Under the pieces are notes generated by a model. It had not been told where the DNA came from, searched no databases, and saw nothing but the letters and a program-made list of their open reading frames with translations. DNA of 36,807 nucleotides from Salpingoeca rosetta (taxonomy: Eukaryota; Protista; Choanoflagellata). The stretch covers positions 396,581 to 433,387 of the forward strand of contig JAWQFM010000030.1 in the NCBI GenBank assembly GCA_033442325.1. Direction: 5' to 3'. The translations under genes were made by a program, and so were the position numbers. Positions 1-24,929 of the stretch are shown piece by piece. Every line of letters starts with the position of its first letter. The first letter of the stretch is position 1.

Positions 1-81
<81 letters not shown>

Positions 82-138
82 TAATCCACCCTGTCTCTGG
101 CCATTTCTCGCGCTCCGCGTGTTGACATGTGTGCACAG

Positions 139-2733
<2,595 letters not shown>

Positions 2734-3079
2734 CTTGATGCGTCGCTCCTCATCGGGCCTCTGTGTTACCCACACATCACCTCCCGCGCCTTGTTGTTTG
2801 CCGCTGGTGTCTGTTCCTTCTGTCCATCGTTTGCTCAAATTGGACTGTTGTTCTCTGCCCTTTGACCTGTGCCATGTTTGTGTCCTTTGTCCTTTTTCAC
2901 AAGTGAACAAAACCACGAACGCAAACAACAAAGCGGCTTACTTGCTTGCTTGGGGAAGAGAGCGGCCAGTCACACCCCAATTTGCGATAGTTTCGCACAA
3001 TTTTCCATCAAACCCACTGTGCACAATTTGCGGACAGCAAACAACACCAACACACACCACCACCCACCACAACACCAGG

Positions 3080-6674
<3,595 letters not shown>

Positions 6675-7198
6675 GCTGTCATGGCAGTGACGCCACGCCT
6701 GTTCTTCCCACCCTTCTTCCCACCCACCCCTTCCTCATGTTGTTACAATTTGTCGCTCTTGTTACTGCTCTTCCTTGCCGTTCCACCGTCACTCACCATT
6801 ACACAAACAACACGTCCCAGCAAGTGAAGAGAAGACATCAGAATGAATGCACATTCCACAAGGGCTGTGCGTTTACTGTTGGGGTTACGATGAGCTTGTA
6901 TGGATCTTCCTGTGTGTGCCAATGAGCCACAAATCATCTTGGACTTCGCGATCTGGTTCTTTAAGATGATCGTCACAACTAAGCATCCAACCATGAGCAG
7001 CGGGCACGTCCGTCGCAGCGGTACTGTAAGCAGCACCCCATAAGCAACAAACAAACACACGTACCCACACGCCACCCCCCCCCCCACACACACACACAAA
7101 ACATATACGCACACAGACACGCATGCAAGTCCACCATCCTTTCGTCACAACAGCAATCTCAATCAACAACAGGCAAACAGCAGGTGACGACATGCCAG

Positions 7199-7455
7199 TC
7201 ACACACAGCCGGAGTCGCGGCTTGGATTGCGACCACCAAGACCGCTGCTGGCGGTGGACCTCGGACTGTCCGGATCGTTTGGCGTGGCAGAGGAAGCCTG
7301 GCCAGTGTCGCTGCTATCTGCATCGTCACCGTCACTCCGCTCCCCGCTGCTGTTCTCACTGCTGCTGCCACTGCTGCTCTCTGTTGAGCCACCACCACCG
7401 CTGCTGTTGTCACGATCACCATCATTATGGCTGCTGCTGTCATGACCATCATGGC

Positions 7456-7536
<81 letters not shown>

Positions 7537-10186
7537 CCCCACTGGACAAGATGACGATCACTTTGGCCTCGAAGACCCAGTTCTCCGTGCCGTTGAGGTC
7601 GCGCGAGAACGGCGGCTTGCGGTGAATGGTTTTGACCATGTGGTTGGCGATAATCTTCATTGCATCCTTCTCCTCCAGGTGGCAGAGCACGGCGCGACTG
7701 AGCGCGTCAAACACGTCCACGCTCCACCGAACGCGCCCGGGGCTTGCCTGCAGCGGTTTCGAGGACCCGTAGAAGCACAAGAGCAGGTCGGCGCCAAGCC
7801 GCAACACATCACTGATCGTGGGGAACGCTGCCATTGTGGCGAGCACCACCTGCCGCCCAATGTCGCCCTCGCGCAGCCAGGCCCGCACCCCAGCGTGCAT
7901 GGTCACCATCCGCAGCATGGCAGACAGCACGCTGCGCACCATGTCATGGACAAAGGCCTGCGCGGCCTTCGCCCGCCGCTCGCCGCGGAACCAGCGGGCC
8001 TCGTCGTCGGGCGGGTGCTGGGTGTGCAGGTACGTTTGCAGGCGCAGCAGCTGCCGCCTCTCCTCATCGCCCTGCTCGTAGCGCAGGAGGTGGCCAACCC
8101 AGTGCAGCTGCCGCTGCTGGCGCACGCGTGCATGCTCGTCCCTCATGGCGTCCTCAGCATCGGCGTGTCGGTGGTGTTCCTCCTTAAGCGTCCCTGCGAT
8201 GCCGTCGGCTCTCAGGAAGCCAAACAGCGCCTCTTGTGCGCACACATCCACCAGCGCGTCGCAGCCAGCCTCCGTCCACGTCAGCTGCGCAACAACGTCG
8301 CACAGGAGCGGGCGCATGTTGGTGGTACTGAAGAACATGGCCGGCGAATCGCTGTCGTTGCGCGTGTTGTTGATGGCGCTGACCATGCCGGCGCTGTTGT
8401 TGTTCTCACAACAGCCCGTCTCGTTCAACCTCACTGCCAGCGGGCCACGGTTGCCGCCCACAGCCTCTGCACCAGCATCACCATCACCATCACCGTCACC
8501 ATCAGGAACGGTAGTAGGAGCAAGCGGGCGACTTGGGTCTGCGGAGATGAGGGCGTGGACGAGGCAGCGCAGGAGGCGCGGGTGCGCCAGCATCTTGGCC
8601 TTGAAACGGTCCTGTTGCAGCAGCACGTGCGTGGTGTGCCAGGCCATGCGCCACATGGCAGTGTCGGGTGCCACGTCACCATCTGCCATGCGCTGCAGGA
8701 AGGGGATGGCGGCGGCGTGGGCGTCGCGCACCATGTCGTGCTGCGCCGTTCGGACGAGCACCTGCCATGCCATTCGCTGCACCGCCACCATTGTGGCAGC
8801 AGGTGGGGCAGTCACAGTGGTGATCGTCGTCGCAGTGACGATCGTAGTCACACTCCCAGCAGTGGTGGTGGTGGTGGTGGTCGTCGTCGTCGTCATTGGG
8901 GCCATTGCAATGGCGGTGGTGGTGGCGATGGCGGCGGCGAGTGCCACCAGGTTGCAGATCGCGTCTTGCGACAGCGACGCGTGTACACAGGCGCGCAGCA
9001 CCGAGCAGCAGTAGTACTGGAGCCGCACACTGCTGCTGAAGGTGATGGGACTGTCGCTGGTGGCGGCGACGGCGTCAGGCGTGGAAACATCTTCGCTGTT
9101 GGGGTCGTCGAGGGTGCCATTGACATTGCTGCTGCTGCCGCCGCTGCTGCTGCTGCCGCTGCTGCAGTAGTTGTAGTTGTCGTGGTCATCATCGTCACCA
9201 CGGACATGGCTGCCGCAAATGCCGTACACGGCCGAGACGGCGGCTGTGATGATGCTGCTGCTTGCCACGGGATGGAGGATACAGCGATCGACGAGGTAGT
9301 GCCACGCGTACGCTACCTCCCGCGCCAGCCACACCTGGTGCCGACACACGCGCACAGCACGAGCCAGCAGCTCCATCTCGCGCCGCGTGCAGCTGCGGTT
9401 GGTCATGACCACATAAGCGGCGCACAGGCGCGCAGCAGCCATTTGCACGGGCGCATGCGCAGGGAAGGCAGCCAGGGCGTTGAAAGCGGCGGCGGCGGAG
9501 TTGGTGACGAGGTCGTTTGTGCCGTCAAGGAAGAAGAGGTCATGCGACAGCATACACGCCCAGAACTGCACCCCGCTGCTGGCCGCGTGCCACTCCATGG
9601 ATACAGTGACCAGCTTTGGCGTGCCCTCAGGGACAATCTGGTGTAGCAGGGAGCGCTTGTGCCGCGCGGTGCGCACGACGTTGCAGAGCGCTGCCCAGGC
9701 GTGCTCGACGACACAGGCGTTGTCGGAGAAGGAGAGGACGGCGTTGAGGATGGCTTGTGTGATGAAGGGCGCTTCGTGGGGCCGCGGCGGGCAGCGGAAG
9801 GCGAGCTGCTTGAGCGCCTTCAAGCAGGCGATGGTGACGTCGGCTTCTCCAGGCAGCATCGCCATGATGCGGACGAAGGTTGATGGCGCGTGTGCGCTGA
9901 TGCACATTCCGGCGTCGTCACCATCGTCTTCTTGCAGTGCACCCGTCAACACGCACAGCAGGTCGTCCAGGTCGTCTTGGGAGCGTGGTGTCCACTCATC
10001 GCTGTGGTCTGCGCCCGTGTCACCGTTGTTGTCGGAGCGAAAGGGGATGCATCTCTCGCGCACGTACTGCAGGAGATCTGGGCACAGGGCCTCATCCTTG
10101 GCGGCCGTGTCCACCTGATGGTGGGAGGAGGAGGGCGAGCACTGTGGCGAGGTGTTTTTCGGAGACGTGAGCACAGGCAGAGACAT
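7199..10186 (-). CDS. ARM-like alpha-helical repeat protein (~995 aa, apparently single exon) with poly-N/T/S tracts
   Basis: Long open frame from ATG 10186 (MSLPVLTSP...). It contains recurrent helix-pair segments such as AILNAVLSF..VVEHAWAALCNV, VTVSMEWH...VQFWACML, ALAAFPAHAPVQMAAARLC and VVLATMAAFPTISDVLRLGADLL, resembling LRRK2-type armadillo repeats. A further 3' exon cannot be excluded. Confidence 0.7.
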
Positions 10187-10769
10187 GGTCGTTGAGGGGG
10201 GGGGGGGAGAGGAAGGGAACGGAGAGGGTGATGAAGCGGGAGGAGAGAGGGAGAGGGAAGGCGAGAGGAGTAAGGGGGGGGGGCGAGAGGAATGAAGCAA
10301 GCCAGTGATTGCGATTGGGGTTACGGTTGGCTGTCGCGATGAATAGACGAAAAGGGCACGCGCAGGGGCATACACACGAAAGGTGATTGAGGCTGGTGTT
10401 GACAAGAGGAGCACCGGCAAAAATGATTGTGGCGCACTCAGCACATGCCATGCACGGGCAGTGGATGACCACCTTACCTTGTTGTGGATCAAAAGCGCGC
10501 AAGTCCGAACCAACAGGAGAGACGAAGCTGGAGGAGATAGCTGCAGAAGTTGATGGGGTGGTTCTTGGTGATGGTGGTGAAATAGTGTTGTGGTGATGTG
10601 ATGACAGACCATCGATGGTGGGAAACCGCACTTCCCCCACCACCATCAATCACATCCACACAACACATCGATGAGCAGCCAGTTCGCCGCCGCTCGTTAT
10701 CCGCTGCGGTTAAGGAAAATTGGCGAAAGATTTTCAGTGAGAAGGACAGCTGTGAATGCTCTTTTGTGT

Positions 10770-10833
<64 letters not shown>

Positions 10834-10889
10834 GAATGCTTTTGTGTGTGTGTGTGAATGCTTTTGTGTGTGTGTGTGTGAATGCTCTT

Positions 10890-10934
<45 letters not shown>

Positions 10935-11393
10935 TGATGTATGCGCCTGTCAATCCCCATACCCACGACGACACCACAACACCCTCAACACGTAGTTGTC
11001 AGTTCAACACGGTTCAATGCATAGTGTCGACAGAGACATGCGTAGATTGATTGTAACATGCCACACAAGCCGCACGCCGTGCGATGATGACGAAACCTAT
11101 TGTGGGCGTGTCAATAGAAACCGAACAAGGGAAACCAAGGCCAGAGGCGACAGAAAGCTAATCCAGCAGACAGTGGGCAGAGAGGGTGGGGGGAGCAAAA
11201 GGGGGCGCGGACAGCCATGTACACAACATGCTGTATATGAGTGAATCCGCATGCGAGAGAGAGGTGGAAAGAGTATGTGTGTGAGATGTGAGATGTGTGA
11301 TGTGTGAATTATGTGTGAGATGCATGTGTGATGTATACATGTATGATGCATGTGTGATGTTTACATGTGTGAGCAATGGAGATGGTTGTTGAT

Positions 11394-16581
<5,188 letters not shown>

Positions 16582-16787
16582 GGTGGCTGCGTGTGTTGTT
16601 CTTGTCGCTGCTGGTGCGTGGTGCGTGCTTTGTTCCTTGTTCCTTGTTCCTTGTTCTTGTTGTCGTGCATGTGGAGAGAATGGCCATTGATGAGTCATCA
16701 ACCCTTTGTCACACACCCACACACACAGACACACACACACACACACACACACACGCACGCACACACACACACACACACACAGACACA

Positions 16788-16821
<34 letters not shown>

Positions 16822-16981
16822 ATTCCATTCTTGCAAGTGAAAGCAGTGCGTGTATTTGGTTGGCATGTAGGAACGCAAGGGGTCATGTAACAACAGGAAG
16901 GCATGGGCATGAGGAAACAGCAAAGAACTGTGCAAGGCAAGCGATGTGGACGGAGACGGGCACGCGCAGCAGGAAATGACA

Positions 16982-17094
<113 letters not shown>

Positions 17095-17115
17095 GCGCCA
17101 CCACCACAGTGGCGA

Positions 17116-17649
17116 TCAGTAGCCCGTGACCTTCTCCTCGTCTGCGCCCGAGGGCTCGACGCCCTTGACAAAGCGGATGCTGACAGAGTTGACGCAGTGC
17201 CGCTCGTTCGTGTCCGTCATGCGCTCCCCTTCAAACACCTGCGGCGGCGGCGGCGGTAGCAGGGGGGTGGGGTGGGTACATGTTTCGTGTGTGTGTGTGT
17301 GTGTGTGAGTATGAGTATGTGAGAGAGTGTGTGTGTGTGCGTGTGTATGATGGTGTGTTTGTTTGTGTGTGTGTGTATGTGTGAGAGAGTGTGTGTGTGC
17401 GTGTGTATGATGGTGTGTTTGTGTGTGTGTGTATGATGGTGTGTGTTTGTGTGTGTGAGTATGAGTATGAGTGTGTGTGCGCGCACGCAATCTTTCAGCC
17501 GAGCTGTGCGCATAATGCTGTTCCCCATATGATCCAAAGTCGAGCACTCACGTGGCCGAGGTGGCCGCCGCACGCGCCGCACACAATCTCAACACGACGC
17601 ATGCCTGCAGGCAACGGGGGGGGGGGGACATGATGGCCACGCATGTGGG

Positions 17650-17683
<34 letters not shown>

Positions 17684-18652
17684 AAAGGTTGTTGTGTCAG
17701 CAAGCAAGGTGCACTGTGGACAAGGCCTCAAAGTATACAACAGCAAACGAACGCAAGAAACGCACAACAGCAAACAAATGAAACACACACACACACACAA
17801 CACACAACACAACACAACACACACACACACAAACACACACAACACAACACCAATGACGCCAGTGGACGGGACGCGACGTACAAGGAAAGCAGCGCCCACC
17901 GAAAGAGTTGTCGACGTGTGTCGTGACGGCGCCCTTGTAGCACTTGTCAAACGCAGGCCACCCACACCCGCTGGCCAAGAGAGAGGGGAATGGGGGACGG
18001 TATTGGTATTGGGTTGTTGATTGGTTGTGGTTCGTCGATTGGTATTGGTGGTTGGTATGTGTGGGGAAGGGGAGAGCAAACGGGGTGGACAGGTGGGGCG
18101 GAGGGTGTGAAGGTGAGTAGTAGTCGTGTGGAAAGGTTCTTGTTCACATTGGAAAGCAAACAGCACGCAACCACAAGAGAACACAACAAAACGCCCCTTT
18201 GTCACCGCCGCCCGCCTCCCCTTTGAGATGCGCTGCGCACCTGTTGAATTTCGCGGCTGCGGAGTAGAGCGGGTTGCCACACCCCCTGCAGGCAAAGTGG
18301 CCTTCACCCTTCTTCGGATAGAACTTGTCATACTCGCCTGTGCAGAAGCAGTGATGGGATGAAGGGAATGTTAACTGGAAGGTTGAGTGGAGGGTTGAGT
18401 GGAGGAAGCGTGTACCACAAAACGCTTGTCCATCCATTTGTGTGTGCGCACACACGCACACACACACAGCCACACACACACACACACACACACACACAGC
18501 CACACACACACAAGCACACACCTGATCCGGCGCGCTCGGTGCCCTTTTCGCGGAGAATGCGGTACTCTTCGCGCGAGAGCTGAAGATTAGAGTTGACCAT
18601 GCAGCCGTTTCATCCACGGTGAGCTGCAAGAAAAGTGGGGCACCAGAGAGCA

Positions 18653-18698
<46 letters not shown>

Positions 18699-18772
18699 CG
18701 CAAACTTACGAGGGACTTCCATTCTTGGTCCGTCTTCTTCACGGAGCCCTTGGACAAAACGCTCACAGACAT
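17116..18772 (-). CDS. msrB: Peptide methionine-R-sulfoxide reductase B (Cys-type, Zn-binding)
   Basis: Exons 18772-18710, 18579-18522, 18337-18241, 17970-17900, 17604-17552 and 17238-17116 give ...EWKSLLSREEYRILREKGTERAGSGEY...CRGCGNPLY...KFNSGCGWPAF...RVEIVCGACGGHLGHVFEGE...RHCVNS. Both CxxC zinc motifs and the catalytic Cys are present. Confidence 0.96.
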
Positions 18773-18901
18773 GGCGGCACGTTGCAGTGACAGCAGGCCC
18801 AAAACAGAGATGGAAGGCCTATGGAATGGGCGTGGGAAGGTGTGTTGTGAGGCGCTGAATACACAGACAGAAAGCAGGAGCGAAGACGACGCAGCGACGT
18901 T

Positions 18902-19080
18902 AACACAGCACAACACAACACAACACAACACAACACAACACAACACAACACAACACAACACAACACAACACAACACAACACAACACAACACAACACAACA
19001 CGACACAGCACAACACAACACAACACAACACAACACAACACAACACAACACAACACAACACAACACAACACAACACACAA
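18902..19080. repeat. (CAACA)n pentanucleotide microsatellite in the msrB-MCU divergent intergenic region
   Basis: Direct reading of acacaacacaacaca... with a few interruptions. Confidence 0.95.
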
Positions 19081-19667
19081 CCCATGTGCACACCGGTTCA
19101 CGTGTCGCGGGGTTGTCGGGAGTCGACGGGTCAAGTAAAGCACTGCGGCGTCCAACCTCGAAAGCGTCCTGCGAAGAAACCACACCATATGCGTGTCTGC
19201 CAAACAAGGGGGACAGAGCTACATCGCAGCTTTAACGACCACACACAACAGCACAGCCATATGCAACAACACCAGCAGCACAGCCCTCAGCAGCACAACC
19301 CCCAAGCAGCGTCAGCCCACCTCACATCCGCACAACAACTCACCTCCAAACAAAACCGCTGCTTGCTTGCTTGCTGGCTCGAAATATCAACACTGACTGC
19401 CGATTGTTATTGCACGATATTCGACAATTTTCCGAATTCGTCGCTTGCCGATTGGTTTGTGTTGTGTTGGTGTGCGAAGTGAGCATGGTGTGTGTGTGCG
19501 TGTTGTGGTGTGTTGAGGTGTGTTGAGGTGTGTTGGTGTGCTTTGCGGAAGCGTACAGCACCTCCACAAGACACCATGCTCAAACCTTACCGTTCTTACG
19601 CCCACCCCCTGTTTGCCGTTTCCAATCACACACAAACACACACAGACATAGAGACAGGACAGACATC

Positions 19668-21528
19668 ATGGTGGCAGTGGCACGAGCGATGTTGTTGTCG
19701 CGTGTGGTGGCAACCAGCACGAGCAGGATGCTGACGCTGACGCGCTGCACAGCTGGCACTTCGTTTGCAGCGCAGTTTGCTGCAAGCCCAACACGGCACC
19801 AGCAGGTTGTGTGCTTTGCATGCGTGGTGCTTGTGTTGTTCTTGCTGTTCCTGTTAAAGTTGTTGTTCTTGCTGTTCTCGTTGTTCTTGTTTAGTTGCTG
19901 TAAGTGGCTGATGTTAGTTGAGCTGTCATCCTTCTCGTAGTTGTCGTCGTTTACCGCCTTGTGTTTGTTATCCTCCTTGTTGTCTGCCTTCATTATCATT
20001 CCCTCCCCTCTGCTGCTGTGTGTTGGTGCCTGGTTTCATGCGGCCATTCCTCCAACAGGGCGGGTGGGCGGTTGGAGCAATGCACCGTATGCTCCGGGCG
20101 TCATCGTCTTCCTCCACGCCAGCAGATGCCATGCGCGCCCACGATCTCGACGTATCAAGGTTTGCGCAAACAAGATGCAATCGCTCACATGCGTTTCTGG
20201 AGTCGCTCGCGTTGAATTCAAACCCACGCTTGTCTCCCTTGTTGTAACCGTATTGTTACCTCCTCGCAACACTCAGTTTGCGAACCCCAGCTGTCACGGT
20301 TCTCCCTTCTCATCGAGTTTCTTGCTCACCACAGCAACGACGAGACGCAGTCTGTGCGCATCAAAGTTCCGCTTCCGTCCAAGGGCAACACGGTGTTCTC
20401 TCTCCTTCCGGGCACGCGTCTCCACTCACTCTTCCAGGACATCCAACGCGAGGACCAAGGTGCGCGCGCGCGTGTGCGTGCGTGTGTGTGCGTGTCTGTG
20501 TGTGTGTACGTGCGTGTCTGTGTATGTGTGTGTGCGTATGCGTGTGTATGTGTGTGTGTGTGTTTGTTTGTGTGCTCTTGCTTGGGTACGTTTCACAAAT
20601 GCTTTTTCCGAGCGGATGCCACGCCGTGTTCACACATCACATTCGCGGTGTGTGCATGCACACTTGCAGAGGTTGACAGCGTTCGTGCGTTTGATGCGGA
20701 CGGAAACGCCATTGCTGCATCCACGTATATCTATGACGTGCGTCCAGACGTGCGCCACATGTGTGTGTGTACATGTGTGCGTGTGTGTACATGTTTGGGG
20801 GGGGGGTGCGTGTGTGTACATGTGTTTGTCACATGCTTGCCCCGTTAGCCCACGCCGTCACCTTCACCACTGGCATCAACCACCGCCGCTGCCATATGAC
20901 AGCTCGCCTCCCAGCGCATTGACATTGCCATCAACGACCGGCTGTACGGGCTGACATTCCCATCGCCGCCATCATCATCGTCGTCGTCGTCGTCATCGTC
21001 GTCATCGTCGTCTGTGCACATGAACAGCGTCGTGGAGAGAATGAGCGACGTGGTGGAGGTGAGTGCCAGCGTGTGCTGTCGTGGAGGTTGTGATGGGGGC
21101 GGGGAAATGGAATGGACGTGCGTCTTTTTTGTGGAGAGGGGGGGGGGTGGCGAATGATGCGTTTTTTTCTTCTCGGGACACGAACACATCAGGCACTCAC
21201 TCACCACACCACTCACTCCACCAACCAACCGACCATACATTCAACCAACCATCACCACTCACTCAACCGACCATGCGTCCATCCATGACCACGGCCACCG
21301 GCCAGACGCTGCGGCAACAGCAGGAGGAGCGACAACGGCTTCAGGCGGAGATCTCCGCCATTGAGGATGAGCTCAAGCCCATGGTCGGTCGTGGTGGTCG
21401 TGGTTGTGGTCGTGGTCGTGGTCGTGGTCGTGGTGATGTGCCCGTGTTCTGTATCCTTGGTTGGCTGGTTCTCGCTTGTGTGGTGTGGGATAACATCCAG
21501 CAAACAAACAAACAAACAAACAAACAAA

Positions 21529-21581
<53 letters not shown>

Positions 21582-21618
21582 CACAGCACACACACACGCA
21601 CGCACGCAAGCACGCACG

Positions 21619-21673
<55 letters not shown>

Positions 21674-22174
21674 CACACACACACGCACACGCACCACACT
21701 CACACTCACTCCCCCACGCATACCGCCCTGCCCAGGAGGCGCTGCGTGTTGAGTGTCAGGCGCGTGCAGCGCGCAATGCGCGGCGCCTGGCGTGGGGCGG
21801 CCTCGCCTTCCTCGGTCTGCAGTTTGGTTTCCTCGCTCGCCTCACTTGGTCCGTGCAATAGTTGATGGTAGTGGATGGTGGTTGGTGATAGCTGATGATA
21901 GTTGGTGATGGGTTGTGGTGGTGGTGATAATTGATGGTGACAATGCTTGTGCTGTGTGGTGGTTTGTGTTTTGCACTTGCGTTTTGCATTCAACTGTTCA
22001 ATGCCTGCGCATACGCACTCGCATTCCCATAACCTTCCCTCCGCTGTGTGTGTGTGTGTGTGTGTGCGTGTGCGTGTGCGCGCGCGCGAAACACATGAAC
22101 AACACAACAGGTGGGAGTACAGCTGGGACCTAATGGAGCCCGTCACCTACTTTGTCACCATTGGCACAGACCTC

Positions 22175-22223
<49 letters not shown>

Positions 22224-22822
22224 TCAGTGCAACAAAGCAGTGACAGTAGTGCATGTTGAGGTGGCTGGGGTGGTGGTGGTTGGGGGGGGGGGTTATGTAA
22301 AGATGAAAGGTTGCCATTGGGGGTTGCGCGTGTGCATGGCTGACAGGCGGTATTGGTTTGTTCGTGATTTATGACGTTCTGACATGCGGCATGCTTCTCC
22401 TTTGCCTCACCTCAATCACACCTCATCTTTATGTCACCTCATTCCCATCCATCCATCCATCCATCCATCCCCCACCTTCTCCAGTCCTGTTTGCGTACTT
22501 TGTGCTGACGCGAACGTCCTTCTCCGCGGAAAATGTGCGGGAGCGCGCCGAGCTCAAGGCTTTTTACAAGGTGCGACGATGATGATGATGATGATGATGG
22601 TGATGGTGGTGATTGGGGTGAGGGGTGTTGGGCGTTTTTGTTCGTGAGCGTACCTTCTGTTGTAACTATGTGTATCATGGCTGTCTGCCGTTGACACACA
22701 CACACACACACATGCACACATGCAACTGTCCGCAGCTTGCGCGGCAGCGTGGGATGGACGTGTCTGAATACAATGCGCTCAAGCAGCGGCTGCACGACTA
22801 CACGGAGCGCCTCAAGTACTGA
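19668..22822 (+). CDS. MCU: Mitochondrial calcium uniporter pore-forming subunit
   Basis: Exons 19668-19805, 20059-20159, 20335-20459, 20670-20737, 20903-21058, 21306-21383, 21736-21848, 22111-22175, 22485-22570 and 22736-22822. The protein has an Arg/Ser/Thr-rich, acid-free N-terminus (presequence-like), NTD motifs VPLPS and [23 protein letters not shown], a coiled coil, TM1 [20 protein letters not shown], pore [14 protein letters not shown] and TM2. Confidence 0.95.
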
Positions 22823-22999
22823 TGCCAATGATGACGACAACAATGATGCAGTGATGGTGGTGGTGGTGATGATGATGATGATGATGATGGTCTTGTTGTG
22901 ATGAAACATGCGTTGTGATGGCGGTGGTGGCGGTGACGAGGCACTCATCCACGACAGCTACCGTCAACACACTCTGCACGTGCACTCGTGGTGATGTGA

Positions 23000-23030
<31 letters not shown>

Positions 23031-23060
23031 TGAGGTCAAACCAGCTGCCTTGCTCGTGTA

Positions 23061-23106
<46 letters not shown>

Positions 23107-23430
23107 CTTACCGACTGCTTTGCGTGTGCTTGCTTTGGTTGTTTGCAGGTGTACGTGTCTGTGATGTGTGTGTGTGTGATGCGTACATCACTCCGTGCTT
23201 CACGTTTCCTTTCGTGTGTCAATCAAGTAAAGAATCAAAGCTGCTGTGTGCTGCGGACTCCCATGCTTTGCGGACAGGGTGTGCGCGAGTGTGCGTGTCT
23301 GCATGCGTGCGAGTGTTCATGTCTGCGCCCTTTCTTGCGCTTTGTGTTACATGAATGTATGTATCAACGGTCATAACATGATGGTGAGGGACAACACTGG
23401 ATTGTGATTTGAGAGGTGGTGGACACGGGA

Positions 23431-23544
23431 ACACAACAACAATAACAACTTAAACAACAACAACAACAACAACTTAACAACAACAACAACAACAGCAACA
23501 ACAACAACAACAACAACAACAGCAACAACAACAACAACAACAGC

Positions 23545-23625
<81 letters not shown>

Positions 23626-23740
23626 AACAACTTAAACAACAACACCAACAACAACAACTTAACAACAACTTAAGCGACAACTTACACAACAACAACAACA
23701 ACAACAGCAACAACATTAACAAACAACAACAACAACAAAC
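23431..23740. repeat. Imperfect (AAC)n trinucleotide microsatellite, intergenic between MCU and ABCG
   Basis: About 300 bp of caacaacaa with cttaa and cag interruptions. Confidence 0.95.
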
Positions 23741-24320
23741 ATTCAAATTGTGCGCGGTGGGAACTGCCGAAATTTGGTGGATGTTTTCATGAGAAAACAA
23801 CCGCGCCCTCAACGCCCAATACACAACCGATGGCGCTCAGCGTCATCTGACACTGCTCTCCTTTCCGTCCCAAGGCACAACAAGCAAGCAAGGCAGTGTA
23901 GCGCAGTGTGCATCAACTGACGTGAGTGCCATGACATGACAAAGCGCCCAGCTTCCTGCCAGTACGCTCGTTCCCTTCAAGCAAGCCCTGCTTTGCTTGT
24001 TTGCTGCGTTGGCACTTTTGTGATTGCGCCATATTGCATTCTTCCTTGTTGCACCTTGTCACACACATCATGTCACACTCATCACACAACCTCGCTTGCT
24101 TGCTTGGATGGTTGCTGCGTTTCTTCGCATCACATGCATCCAGACTACAGGATCCTTAAGAGCTACAGCATCCCTTCTCCGTTGACTGAGTCCATTCATT
24201 CATTTCCACTGAGACGCTCCCAAGCGAGCAGGCGAGCAAAGCAGCTTCCGCCCACACGGATTGTCGTCAACGGATGCGTTCGTGTCTCGTTTGCTTGCAC
24301 ACGAGGAGCAAACGCCAGCC

Positions 24321-24867
24321 ATGGACCGCGAAGACAGCACGCGTGTGACCATTGTGGACGTGGATGACGTCGTGCCTGTTGGCCAGGCTGCCATGGAGAT
24401 GGAGATGGAAGACGCACAGCAACAACAACAACAGCAGCAACAGCAGCAACAAGGTGGTACCTCCCCAGCTACGCCTGCAGTGACAACTTCCTTCCATTCA
24501 CAGCAAGAACAGCAACAGCAGCAGCGGCGGCAGCAGCAGCGGGGTGGCCGCAGCCAATTCCCGTATGCCAGTGACCAGCGCATTAGCAAGGATGATCCCG
24601 CCATTGCGTTTGAGCCGACGGTCGCTGGCCGAGAGGGCGACACGCACAGCGAGCGCGGCTCTGTGTTCTCTGTAAAGCCGCGCCAGCACACGGCGTACTT
24701 GCAGTTCCAGGACCTGCGCTTTGAGGTGGACACGGTCGTCAAGAAGCAGAAGAAGACCAACACCATCCTCAAGGGCCTCAGCGGCGACTGCAAGCCGGGC
24801 CACGTGCTCGCCATTATGGTGTGTGATGTGCATGCATATGTGTGTTGTGTATGAAGGTGTGTTTGGG

Positions 24868-24929
<62 letters not shown>

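Noticed and set aside
6885-7025. Possible extra terminal exon of the ARM-like gene
   Set aside because: There is an acceptor-like cttacag on the minus strand, but no convincing donor, phase or homology supports it.
7427-9646. 739-aa + strand ORF
   Set aside because: It is the antisense shadow of the GC-rich ARM-like ORF and has no recognisable protein features.
17116-18772. Possible selenoprotein MsrB1
   Set aside because: The catalytic residue is Cys (RHCVNS) and there is no in-frame UGA.
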